Shown here: positions 1-17,595 of the stretch, piece by piece
How the letters are laid out: each line of letters opens with the position of its first letter
Numbering within the stretch: position 1 is the first letter of the stretch
Source: the human T2T-CHM13v2.0 reference genome, Homo sapiens
DNA length: 64,000 bases
Direction: 5' to 3' (one strand)
Assembly (NCBI RefSeq): GCF_009914755.1
Contig: NC_060928.1
Translations under genes and position numbers: made by a program
Notes under the pieces: generated by a model
Told to the model about the DNA's origin: nothing
Seen by the model: the letters and a program-made list of their open reading frames with translations, nothing else
The model's database searches: none

Positions 1-304
1 AAGAGCCATAATCAAGGGTTCTTACTCTAATTTTACATGAGAATAATAATTATTGTTTATGTGTGTTTATTAATAATACCAAAAATCTTCTATTTCCCCA
101 CTAAAACTAAATTATAGAATCTGTGGGAATTCCATCTAATAAAAAGCATCCGAATGGTAATATATCACATAATACTGAAATTGAACAAATGAGGGAAGGC
201 ACCACTGTCAGCTCCTCTAAGCTGTAGAATCCCATGCTTCTCTCAGGCTCACGGTTATTCCTAACACTCACCCCATGCTTCTACGCATCAGAAAGTCTCA
301 CAAG

Positions 305-520
305 CACCTTACCTGTATCAGCTCATTTATCTTAAGAACAATCTTATAAAATAAACACTAGTATTTTCACTTCTATTTTACAGGTGAGGCAAAAGAGACA
401 CAGAGAAGTTAAGCAGTTCATATAAAGTCACACACGTGATTGACTTAGAGATGGGACTTAAACCCAGGGAGTATGGTTGCAGAGCCTTGATCTTAACCAT
501 GGCGTATATTACCTCTCTAA
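305..520 (+). mobile_element. MIR SINE (degenerate)
   Basis: MIR core-like 'attttacaggtgaggcaaaagagacacagagaagttaag...gggacttaaacccagg'. Confidence 0.7.
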
Positions 521-1387
521 CTCATGTGTCCAACATGGTACCTGAAGTCTAACATGTAATCCAAAGTTAGGCTGACATTGTCAATCTGTATATTAAGTAG
601 CAGCAGCATTTTATTTCTTTCTTTTTAGATGAAGAATAATTATAAATCAAAATTCAGTATTTTCTTTCTGTACCTCTATGCAGAAGTGTTTTTTCTTGGG
701 CGTCTACACACTTTTTAGAGCCCTTTGGCTAAGATATCAGGCTCATCTTCACCTCTACAACACTCTCACTGCCTTTCAGATGTCCTGAATTCCCTTTATG
801 GAAACTCTGAAGCCTTTCAATTCGCTCCTTGATTTTTACTGTCCATATAGCCCTTCCAGCATTTATGCATTTCCTTTAAGGTCATCCAAGTTGGAGGGGT
901 ATGAGAGGGGAGGTGAAACTAACTAATGCTTCCTGTATGCCACACATTTTGTATATTCTAGCTCATGAAATTAATAAGCATTTCTCCAATAAAAAAGGCC
1001 TCTATAAATTAGGCAAAATATATATCTGATCTCCTGCTCATATTTTCAATAATCAGTAATTCCTTAACTGTACTTTGTTCCTGGTTTTAAGATTTTGCAT
1101 TCTTCTCTAGAAAAACTTAGTGAATTTCACCTACTAACTCCTTGGTTTGCCATCAACACTGCTTCTCAGACCTCAAATGGTTAGAAATAACTTCAGAGTC
1201 TCTGCTCACCTCACAATGATCCCATTTCTTTTAAGACCTGCCTACCATGCCACATCCCCCAACACACACACTCAGGGTTGGGAACCCCGAAACTACACCT
1301 GTACTTAAGATTTTGCACTGATGGCCACAGGTGCTTGATTCAAGGGCAAACACCTGGTCCTACACAAGCTAATCATATTTTCCTTAG

Positions 1388-1745
1388 TGTCTTAGTCTGT
1401 TTGGAATGTCATAAATACCATAAATTGGGTGGCTTATAAACAACAGAAATGTATTTCTCACAGTTCAGAAAATGGGAAAGCCCAAGATCAAGGCACTGGC
1501 AGATTCAATGTCTTGTTAGAACCCACTTTTTCATAGATGGCACCTTTTCAGTGTGTCCTCATGGTAGAAAAGCCACATAACCTCCCTTGGGCCTCTTTTT
1601 GTAAGGGCACTAATCTCATTTATGAGGGCTCTGCCTTCATGTCCTAATCTCATCCCAAAAGAACTCCCTCTTAATGCCATCCCCCTGGAGGTTAGAAGTT
1701 CAACTTATGAATTTTGGGTACACACAAATATTCAAACCAAAGCAC
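1388..1745 (-). mobile_element. MaLR LTR (MLT1A-like)
   Basis: 'tgtcttagtctgtttgg...ggcttataaacaacagaaatgtatttctcacagttc...caagatcaagg...atgaattttggg' is the reverse-orientation MLT1/MST pattern. Confidence 0.75.
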
Positions 1746-1834
1746 TTAGGAATTTGGAATACAGACTCAGAGATAGCTGATTAGCTTCTGCCATATGACC
1801 AAGACCAAGAGCATGCTGACTTGAGAAGTAAAGG

Positions 1835-2228
1835 TGTTATAGACTGAATTATGAACCCTCAAAATTTACATGTTGAAACTCTAACCCCCTAGTGTGACTG
1901 TCTTTGGAAATGGGTTCTTTTGGGCAGTAATTAAGGCTAAGCGAAGTTGTTAGAGTGACAACCTAATCTCAGGGCTGGTGTTCTTTTAAGGAGAGGAAGA
2001 GACTTCTCTTTTTCTCTCTCCACATGCACACAGAGAAGAGGCCACATGAGGACACAATGAAAAGGCAGCCTTCTATAAGCCAGGAAGAGAGAACTCACCA
2101 GAAACCAACCCTGATGGCACCTTGATCTTAGGCTTTTCAACCTCAAGAACTGTGAGAAAAAAATTTCTGTTGTTTATACCATGTAGTCTGTGGCATTCTG
2201 TCATGGGAGCTCAAGCAGAATTATATAG
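1835..2228 (+). mobile_element. MaLR LTR (MLT1A/B-like)
   Basis: 'tgttatagactgaatt...tgttgaaactctaacccc...gccacatgaggacac...gaactgtgagaaaaaaatttctgttgtt'. Confidence 0.8.
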
Positions 2229-2464
2229 TGGGTAGCCTTCTACTTCCATGTGCACAAAGAAGCGGATAATTCCTGTGGGTAGAAAAGCAGAAATGGTGAG
2301 AAAATCAAAGACCAGAGAAAGATCATTGCCTGGGGTAGAGATTAATTTCATAAATTCCTTTTCTGATAGGCCATAGGCCCAGATGCTCTTGGGTTCTATG
2401 AGACACCCAAATATCTTTCCAATAAATTGTTTTTCATTATGTTTTTGATTTTTAAAACTACCTC

Positions 2465-2800
2465 GGCTGGGTGCAGTGGCTCATGTCTGTAATCCCGGGA
2501 CTTTGAGAGGCCAAGGCAAGTAGATCATGAGATCAGGAGTTCAAGACCAGCCTGGCCAACATGATGAAACCCTATCGCTACTAAAAATACAAAATTTCAC
2601 TGGGCATGGTGGTGTGTGACTGTAATCCCAGCTACTCAGGAGGCTGAGGCAGGAGAATCACTTGAACCCGGGAAGTGGAGGGGTTGCAGTGAGCCAATTG
2701 AGCCAAGGTTGCACCACTGCACTCCAGCCTGGGCAACAGAGGGAGACTCTGTCACAAAACAAAAAGCAAAAAACAAAATACAACAACAACAACAACAACA
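2465..2800 (+). mobile_element. AluS with (CAA)n tail
   Basis: Dimeric Alu; TSD aaaactacctc / aaaactatctc. Confidence 0.95.
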
Positions 2801-3445
2801 AAACTATCTCAAATTGGTTTTCTTGTTTATTAAAAACAAATGTTATACTGTTTCCCATCTACCCCCCAGGGACTATTTACATCAATTCAGGGCCCAACAA
2901 AACTATTTCTGTACGAGCTGAGAAAAATACACTATTCAGTAAAAATTCTACCCAATATGTGCTGACATGTTATAATTACCTCGATCCATTAGCACAATCA
3001 CAGTGACTGTCAGTATACAGAAGATGACACTCAGTTGCCCTCAAAGTTGCCAGGATACGCAGCAGCTCAAGGAGGAAAGAATATTTAAGTAAGAGAAAAA
3101 TTAGTGTGGCTGAATGTAGTGATGAAGATGGAAAATGCCAGATAGAGAGTCAGAATAATTTAAGGCTCTTTTTAGCAACTCAGGACTATATATTAATGCC
3201 GTAATCAATGAGAATCCAGCATAGACTGAGTTATGTTTAGTAGCCCCCAAATCCTAGTGACTTAAGGAAAGAAAAGTTTATTTCTCATTCATGCTATATG
3301 TCTATTGTGAATTGACAAGGAATTGATAAGGACTGTTCTATACAGAGTCACTCAAACCCAGGCTAAAGGAAACTCCACTGTCATAGTTTCATCATCTGGA
3401 ATGTGCAAACTAAAGTCCCCACTGCAGAGGAAAGTCTGTTGGTCA

Positions 3446-3790
3446 ATACTGTGGTTTAAATGTTTGTTCTCTCCAAAACTCATGTTGAAATTTATTTGCT
3501 ATTGTAACAGAACTAAGAGGTGAGAACTTTGAGAGGTGATTAGGCCATGACAGCTTCACTTTTATGGGTGGATTTAATGCCTTAATAAGAGGGTTCCGGA
3601 GAGTGGGTTCTCTCTCTTGCCCTTCTGTCCTCTGCCATGGGATGACATAACAAGAAGGCCCTTGCAAAATGCTGGCTCCTTAATTTTGGACTTCCTAGGC
3701 TCCAGATATGTAAGAAATAAATTTCTGTTCTTCTTAAATTACCCAGTGTGTGGCATTCTGTTGTAGCAGCACAACACAGACTATGACAGT
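3446..3790 (+). mobile_element. MaLR LTR (MST-like)
   Basis: 'tactgtggtttaaatgtttg...aaaactcatgttgaaatt...aaattacccagt...gcagcacaacacagactatgaca'. Confidence 0.85.
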
Positions 3791-3814
3791 GAGTCAGACT
3801 CCAGTTTTTCACTT

Positions 3815-9728
<5,914 letters not shown>

Positions 9729-9742
9729 GTCCCCCTTCTCAA
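9729..9742 (-). other. Polypurine tract
   Basis: Minus strand TTGAGAAGGGGGAC immediately before the 3' LTR TG. Confidence 0.8.
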
Positions 9743-9786
9743 CAGGAAAACCCAAGTGCTATTGGGGAGGTTGGTTAATGACTGCT

Positions 9787-11413
9787 CTAACTGCTTCCTG
9801 CTGAATTCAGGTGTAGTAGGGGTTGTGCACTGAGATTTCCTCAGGAGGGGTGCCTTCAATGTCATTAACATGGGAGCATGCACTAGCAGGCTGGTCCAGG
9901 GGTCCACAGTAGATTTTAGTCATGGATTGTATCTGGGGCTCCATTTGAAGAGCCATTTGTAGCTTTACAGCTTCAATTCTGGAAGAGACAAACTTAAAAA
10001 GGAGGTTAAAGATACAGGGTCCAAAGAGGAGTAACAGTATTATAGTCGCTAGAGGTCCTAAGAAGGGGAGAATCCAGGGCATCCATTGGCTGAGGAGGTC
10101 CCAGGGTCTGGTGTTTTGAAGCTCCTCTGCTCTATGTTGTATTCGATCTTGAATTTCTTTAACTTTTTCGGTGACGATTCCAGATTGATTAACGTAATAA
10201 CAGCATTCTTCCACTAAAAATAAACAGATTCCCCCTCTTTCGGCAGTTAGCAAGTCTAAAGCTCTTCGATTTTGAAGGACTACTGCTGCTAAGGAGTTAA
10301 GTTGATCTTGCAAGGTGACCAGGGAGTCGGTGACCCATTCCATGTCACCATTTAATTCTTGAGATAGTTTGTAGTAGAACTGAGTAGAGGTTTTGATACC
10401 ACCAATGCCAGTACCTAGTCCACCTAGCACTCCTGCTCCGATAACAAAAGGAAGAATGAGCACCCTTTTGTTGCAGAGCTTAGGTACAACATGACTGTAT
10501 AAATCATGTTCAGTGTAGATGGTCAAAGGGGGCACAAAGAATGAGAGGAAGCACATAGATTCTGAAGAGCCATTCAAACAATGATAAGCTGAGGTACCAC
10601 AGACAAAAAATATTTCTGAGGGTAGACAGACTATTTGTGTGGGAGGAGTTACCCACCTGATGCATTGAGAGTTGGTTGTGTCTACAGTATTGCTAAATTT
10701 TACACAGGTGAGGTGTGAGGTATGGGTTATTTCCAGATTGGAAGCAAAAGGTCCTACTAAAATGGAAGTGGTGTTTATTTCTGTGCTGAAGTTGTTCCAT
10801 TGTTCAGGTACAGGTATTGAAATGCATGGCCTGAAGTGCAGGGGGAGGCACATCCAACAGTTAGTAGGGTTTTGGGCCAAGACCTCATGGAGCCCAGTGA
10901 GGGTGGTATTAAGTAGGCTCACCAGGCAAGTATGGGTATGAAGGGTTTCATGTAGTTTTGAGAGATCTAGTCCTTTGTAGGGGCTAGGGGTGCCAGGTAC
11001 CTTGGTCAGTTGAGGGATTACTTCCTTTACATGTTTTTCTGTTACCTGATCTTGAACTCCACCCCCATCAGACATACCGGTGTGGGTGAAGTAAGTCCAA
11101 TAGACAGCAGCTGCAAGTCCTCCAGGACAACTAGGATTAATCACTTTCCCTGTCCAATAGTGAGTATTTGCATTCATGCAAAGAGTGGCAGAGTTATAGC
11201 AGTTGCGGGGCATATGGGTGTGGGCATATGGGTGGGGTTTCCCTTAGATAAACTCCTATATGATGGGTCATCAATATCTCTGGGAAGCCGCATTCTCCAT
11301 AGAAACTCTTGGTAAGGGGAACTACTGGCTGTACAGCGGCATGGAGGGGGTACAGTGAGAGTGAAAGGGGGTAAGAGGACAGTAAAGAGAAAAATATGAT
11401 AAGGGAGGGCCAT
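9787..11413 (-). pseudogene. env: Ancestral full-length env frame, frameshifted near 11230 and near 9830
   Basis: Signal peptide MALPYHIFLFTVLLP starts at 11413; ancestral ending AATTCAGCAGGAAGCAGTTAG (NSAGSS*) ends at 9787 out of frame. Confidence 0.9.
9807..11213 (-). CDS. env: HERV-W Env (syncytin-1-like), N-terminally truncated 468-aa ORF; expression unknown
   Basis: Starts at MPRNCY (syncytin-1 Met68 equivalent); SDGGG, CWMC, fusion peptide LPFVIGAGVLG, ISD LQNRRALDLL, CX6CC (CLFLVEECC) and TM helix all in one open frame. Confidence 0.85.
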   Translation of the reverse strand: MPRNCYNSATLCMNANTHYWTGKVINPSCPGGLAAAVYWTYFTHTGMSDGGGVQDQVTEKHVKEVIPQLTKVPGTPSPYKGLDLSKLHETLHTHTCLVSLLNTTLTGLHEVLAQNPTNCWMCLPLHFRPCISIPVPEQWNNFSTEINTTSILVGPFASNLEITHTSHLTCVKFSNTVDTTNSQCIRWVTPPTQIVCLPSEIFFVCGTSAYHCLNGSSESMCFLSFFVPPLTIYTEHDLYSHVVPKLCNKRVLILPFVIGAGVLGGLGTGIGGIKTSTQFYYKLSQELNGDMEWVTDSLVTLQDQLNSLAAVVLQNRRALDLLTAERGGICLFLVEECCYYVNQSGIVTEKVKEIQDRIQHRAEELQNTRPWDLLSQWMPWILPFLGPLATIILLLLFGPCIFNLLFKFVSSRIEAVKLQMALQMEPQIQSMTKIYCGPLDQPASACSHVNDIEGTPPEEISVHNPYYT

Positions 11414-11426
11414 GGGGATTTAGATT

Positions 11427-13093
11427 TCAGTTACTTTCCTCACAGTTGTCTGACAGCCACAAGTCTCCTTTAGCAGTGAGTATGCTGTTCACATCATGAG
11501 ATGTCCCCACAATAAGATCCCTTCCCTGTATTATTATAACTGCTTTAGATACTAAGACTGCTACTGCCGCCACTACCCATAAACAATGAGGCCAACCCTT
11601 TGCCACTACATCAATTTCCTTAATCAGATATGCCACGGGGTGCAAGCTCATCCCTCGGACCCATGTAAGGACTCTTAGAGCGATTCCTGTTTTTTCTGTG
11701 ACATATAAAGAAAAGTCTTGCCCCATTGGCAAGCTTAACACTGGGGCTTGGGTTAGGGCCTTCTTTAGGGCCTGGAAAGCCTCTTCTGCTTCAGGTATCC
11801 ATCTTACTAAATGGGTATTGGCTTTCTGAGTTTCCTTAATTAATGTATATAATGGTCTGGCTATTTTGCCGTACCTGGGAATCCATATTCAGCAGAAACC
11901 TGTTATGCCAAGGAACCCTCTTAGTTGCTTTAGGGTTTGGGGATGAGGATAAGCCAGTATAGGCTGGATACATTCCTCACTGAGGGCCCTGGTGCCTTTG
12001 GATAATTTTAACCCTAAGTATTTAACCTGCTATAAGCAGAGCCGAGCCTTTGGTTTGGCAACCTTGTAGCCACAGGTAGCTAGGAAATTTAAGAGCGCTT
12101 GGGTGGCTTGATGGCACAAGGTTTCTGAATGGGTGGCTAAAAGTAAATCACCCATGTACTGAAGAACAAGAGGGTCCAGGTATAAGAATTGGCTCAAGTC
12201 TTGGGCTAATGCCTGGCCAAATAGATGGGGGCTATACCTGAACCCTTGGGGTAAAATAGTCTAGGTGAGTTGAGAAGTTAGGTTTGAAGATCTTCAAAGG
12301 CAAACAAGAATTGAGAGTCAGGATGTACAGGGATGCAGAAAAAGGCATCCTTAAGGTCCAGAACTGTGAACCACTCTGCTTCCTCTGGTATTTGGGAAAG
12401 CAGAGTATAAGGGTTAGGTACAGCTGGGTATAGAGGGACAACGGTCTCATTGATAATCCTGAGATCTTGCACTAACCTCCACTGTCTGTTGGGTTTCTGT
12501 ACTCCTAAAATTGGAGTATTGCAGGGGCTACTGCATGGTTTTACTAGGCCTTGGGCTTTTATGTCCTTAACAATCTTTTGGAGCCCTTGTTGGGCCTTGG
12601 GTCTAAGGGGGTACTGCTTTTGGTAGGGAAAGGAGGTCGAATCCTTTAGTTTAACTTGAACAAGATGGGCATTCTTTGCTTGTCCATATTGTCCTTCTGT
12701 TGCCCAGACTTCAGGATTAATTTCTTCCTCAAGCAGGGGACAACAAATGGGTGTTCCTTCTCCTATGTTCAGGTGTATAATGGCCCCTGCTTTTGCTAGA
12801 ATGTCTCTCCCTAACAAGGGAGTGGGGCTTTCAGGCATAATTAGAAAAGCATGTGGAAAGAGTAAAGTTCTCCAGTCACAAGTCAGTGGCTGGGAGAAGT
12901 ATCTAGTGACTGGCTGTCCTAGGACCGCTCGGATAGTGACAGATCTAGAGGACAGTTGTCCGGGACAGGAGAGTAAGACTGAGAAGGCCACTCCAGTGTC
13001 CAGGAGACAGTTAACCTCCTGGCCCTCAATGGTCAAGCGTACCCGGGGCTCTGTGAGGGTGATGGCATGGGCTGGCGCTTGCCCCAGGCACCC
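11427..13093 (-). pseudogene. pol: pro-pol (protease, RT, connection domain); RNase H and integrase deleted
   Basis: LLDTG protease motif, LDLKDAFF, LPQG (~12245-12256), YMGD at 12147-12158; open from 13093 to 12278, then disrupted. Confidence 0.93.
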
Positions 13094-14557
13094 TCAGTCC
13101 TGCTGCGGGAAAATCTGGTTAGTGGCTTCTGACTCAGAGGACCTTCATCCCCTGGGGCAGTGGGCCTTCCAGTGATTCCCTTGACATAAGGGGCATGGAT
13201 GAGGGGGGCAGCTTATTTCTACTTGGACAATCTTTTTTAAAGTGTCCTTGTAGACCACACTGGAAGCAAGCCCTATTAGGCATTCAATTTGCCCAGCTTT
13301 TCCCTTTTCCAGAGCCTCCAAAGTCCACTTGCCTGAGGGCCATGACTAAAGCGGTGGCCTTTTCTTTATCCTGTTTGTCCCGTTCTGCCTGCTCCGCCTG
13401 ATCTCTATTATAAAAAACTGAGGTTGCCAAGTTCAATAGGGTTTCTAAGTTTTGCTCTGGGCCTAAGGCAGACTTTTGAAGCTTTTTTCTAATGTCTGCA
13501 GCTGAATGAGTGATAAACTTATCCTTTAACATTAGTTGGCCTTCAATAGAGTCAGGTGACAGGGAGGTATGCTTCCTCATTGCCTCCCTTAGTCTCTCCA
13601 GAAAGGCAGTAGGATTTTCTCCCTTTCCCTGTGTTATAGTGGACATCATTGAATAATTCACAGGCTTATTCCTAGTTTTCCTTAGTCCTTCTAGCACACA
13701 AGTTAGTAAATGTCTGCGGCACCAATCTCCATGTTCTGATTCTGCGTCCCAATGAGGGTCTACACTGGGAACTGCCTGCTGGCCTGTGGGGAATCGTTCT
13801 CTTTCCTCTGTTGTCATCCTATCATTGACCTGACTGAGATACCAGAGATCACCAAACTCTTGGGCTGCAGTTATGGCGGCACCTCTTTCATTTGGGGTTA
13901 GTGTGTGATTTAGCAGTAACATTATATCTCTCCCTGTCAGATCAAAGGATTGTCCTAACCCTTGTAAAACATCAATATAGCCATCAGGGTTATCTGAGAA
14001 TTTACCTAGGTCTATTTTAATTTGCTTTAAGTCTGAGAGAGAAAAAGGTACATGCACTCTGGATGGGCCGAATTCTCCTCCTCCCACTGGAGGAGGGGGC
14101 ATAATAGGGGAATATTGGCACTCTTTAGTTCATTGTTTACCCCTTTGTCTATCTCCTTTTGGACCATTTGGGTGGAAGGGTGGGTCTTTATTAGTAGGGG
14201 AAGGAGTCAGGGGACACCGCGGTAGGGAAGTAGACTCTGAGGGCTTCCTGTAGGGCATCAATCACACTTTTTACATAATTGCTAGTTGTCTCTTAATGGA
14301 AAGAAAATTTGTACATATGGCACTTCACTCCATTTGCCTTATTTTCTACAAAAGAGGTTGAGCTGTAAGATGGTATTATAATTTATACTTCCCTCAGGAG
14401 GCCAGGTTTCTCCCCCTTGAAGAGGATATCATGGCCAGGCAGTACTGCAGAAGAATATAAGTCGTTTCTTTCTTAGTGTCTGAGGGTCAAATTGGTCCCA
14501 ATTCTCCAGAATATATCTTAGGGGCATTTTTGCATTGGCGGGGGGCACATTTCCCAT
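13094..14557 (-). pseudogene. gag: gag (disrupted; 272-aa open capsid segment 13284-14102)
   Basis: ATGGGAAAT start at 14557; MHR QGKGENPTAFLERLREA; zinc knuckles CFQCGLQGHFKKDC and CPLCQGNHWKAHC; terminal TGA at 13094-13096 in frame with pro. Confidence 0.92.
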
Positions 14558-14650
14558 CTGAAAAAAGAATATAGGGATGCCAGCATGGGGATGCTAGTCA
14601 TTTTCCGATGAGCATTAGTCCTAGAGTGTCCTCTAAGGGCCTAATGCTTA

Positions 14651-15016
14651 TTCTTTTCCAGGGTGCGTAACCACCCATGGACCTTTGCTTATCGGATTAG
14701 TTATGCTCAGCGATGTAGCAGTCCTGCACCCCTTTTCCCACTTTTCTTGACCACAAAGAAAGGGGCCTGGGCTGCTGGATTCTAGTGGTACTTTACCAGC
14801 ATGCCCAACATTGCCTTTGTGCTCAGAAGTGAGTTCCTTTCCAGGGTGTGTAACCACCCATGGACCTCTGCTTATTGGATTAGTTACGCTCACTGATGTA
14901 GCAGCCCTGCACCTGTTTTCCCGCCTTTCTTGACCACAAAGAAAGGGGTCCGAGCTGCTGGATTCTAGTGGTCCTCTACCAGCATCCCCATCATTGCCTT
15001 TGTGCTCAGGGGTGAG
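14651..15016. repeat. Two-copy tandem repeat (period 183 bp) in ERV leader
   Basis: 'ttc(t/c)tttccagggtg(c/t)gtaaccacccatggacc...' starts at 14651 and 14834. Confidence 0.9.
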
Positions 15017-15697
15017 TCCTAGAGCTGGCCTGGGTTCCTGAGTATTTCATAACAACCCAGCTGCCCCATCAAGATGCACTCCCATAAAAGCAGTTCTTAT
15101 GCAAATTCATTTCACAGAGGGTGTAGGTAAAGTTTTGAGTCAGGATTGAGATAGTTTTTTTTATTCTGTAAGTACTTTAAGGCTTGGCTGAGGGCAAACA
15201 GCTTGCACGTTTGAGGAGACCAATCATTAGGCAATTTTTCAAACTCTACTTTCACAAGAGTCTCCGTATCAACTATTGAATACCCATTGTGGTTTTTTCC
15301 TCAATCACCTGGGAGGAATCATCTATAGTCCTGTCCTGAAGGGAGTTCCTCCTGGGTCTGGTCTGACCTTTGTATGGTAATTAAGATTTAAATCCCCTGT
15401 TAGGAAATTTGCTGGGTTAAGGGAATTATCAGTGGTTAGTGTTAAATTACCTTTGTTTTTTTTTTTAACAGAATAGCCCCATACTTTAAGATTTTTGAGT
15501 TAGTAAGCTACCTTTTTGCTTTTTTGACTTAGAATAATTCTGAACTGGTGAGGTGTGCCTTTCCCCAGACAGCCTCACACCTGAGTCTTAAGTCCAGCAG
15601 CCATGCTAATCATTTTTAACCAGCCGACAGGTGCCCAGTATTTTCCTCCAATTCTAAGGAAGGATGGGACAGAATAGCAAGCGAAAGTGATCCAATA

Positions 15698-15708
15698 TTA
15701 CTCACCAC
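15698..15708 (-). promoter_or_regulatory. Putative major splice donor
   Basis: Minus strand GTG|GTGAGTAA just downstream of the PBS. Confidence 0.65.
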
Positions 15709-15715
15709 TTTGGAG

Positions 15716-15733
15716 GTCCCTTTGTGGTCACCA
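15716..15733 (-). other. Primer binding site, tRNA-Arg-like
   Basis: TGGTGACCACAAAGGGAC, 3 nt after the 5' LTR end. Confidence 0.8.
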
Positions 15734-15736
15734 AAA

Positions 15737-16496
<760 letters not shown>

Positions 16497-17495
16497 CCAC
16501 CACAGCTGGGAATGTGCTGAGTCTCACCAGAAGTCAATATGTCTCAGAGTCTCACTCAAGGCCCATGGCATAGTAACTGGATATCACTGCTGGTTATTCA
16601 GTGCTTAAGGTTTCTTTAGTCAGCAGGTAACGGATCCTGCCAGGACTAGGTCCTTTCCTTCAAGGTAGCAGTTTCCCTTCTGGCCCAGGGCGTATCTAGA
16701 AATGTTATCCAGGAGCAAGGGCCTGGAATGGAGGCCTCACAACCCTGTCTAGTGTCCTATCTTACTGTGTCTGTGCTTGTATCCAAGATGCAATAAAAAG
16801 CCCTCTTTACTCTTCCCTCTTCTTTCCTCAACCACAAGGAAGTACTCACTTTTGTTGTGAGCTGTGCTGTCTGGGGTTGCAGGAGGGGTGGCACAATCAC
16901 TCCCTTAAGCCACCCCAGCTGGTGTCTCCCTAGGTTGCATGCTCCCCAAGTCTGAGCCCAGTACAGCACTAGAACTTGCCTAGAAATTGCAATCCTTGTG
17001 GCCTAGACTGCCTTTCATGTTTGTTTAGAACCCCAGAGCACTTTGGCACACTGTAGCAAGGCTTGCTGCAACTCAAGTTCCAACTGCTGGGATCAGTAAT
17101 TCCCTGTCGTCTAGGGCTCATCTAAATGCTCTCTCCATGGTCATTGGCTGAGTTCAGCCTTGTTTTGCTTTCCGCTGTGACAGGGCAGCACCGAGTTCAA
17201 AGCAAAGTTCCACAATCGCTGTGCTCTCCTTCCCCTAAATACACAGATTCTCTCTCTGTTCCAAGCAACTACTACCAGAGGATGGGGGAGGGGTAGCATC
17301 AGCAATTCATAACTATCTTTTCTAACCTCTTCGGTGCCTCTTTCAGCAATATGAAGTTAAAAAAAGGTACTGTGGTTGCTCACCTGATATTTGGTTCCTA
17401 TGAAGGTGTTTTTTTGTGTAGATAGTTGTTAAATTTGGTGTTTCTCTGGAGGGGGTACATTGGTGGAGACCTTCATTCAGCCATCTTTCTCTTCT
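16497..17495 (-). mobile_element. 5' UTR end of the same L1
   Basis: Continues across the TSD (ccatagccac|cacagctggg); terminal AAGATGGCTGAAT on the minus strand near 17485. Confidence 0.85.
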
Positions 17496-17504
17496 CTCTT
17501 CACA

Positions 17505-17595
17505 TAGGTATATATTTATGAGAACTCATCAACTGTAAACTTAAAATGTGTAAATTATATTGAATATAAATGTACTCAATAAAGTATTTTTGTAA
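17505..17595 (+). mobile_element. Ancient L1M 3' end fragment
   Basis: 'aactcatcaactgtaaacttaaaatgtg...ctcaataaag'. Confidence 0.6.

Noticed and set aside
9807-11413. Calling this ERVW-1 (syncytin-1) or ERVW-2
   Set aside because: It is frameshifted after the signal peptide and keeps the LQMA tail, unlike ERVW-1. Codon 39 is Trp and both LTRs are complete, unlike ERVW-2 as I recall it.
10672-13401. Plus-strand ORFs of 68-142 aa over env/pol/gag
   Set aside because: Antisense shadows of retroviral coding frames with no independent evidence.
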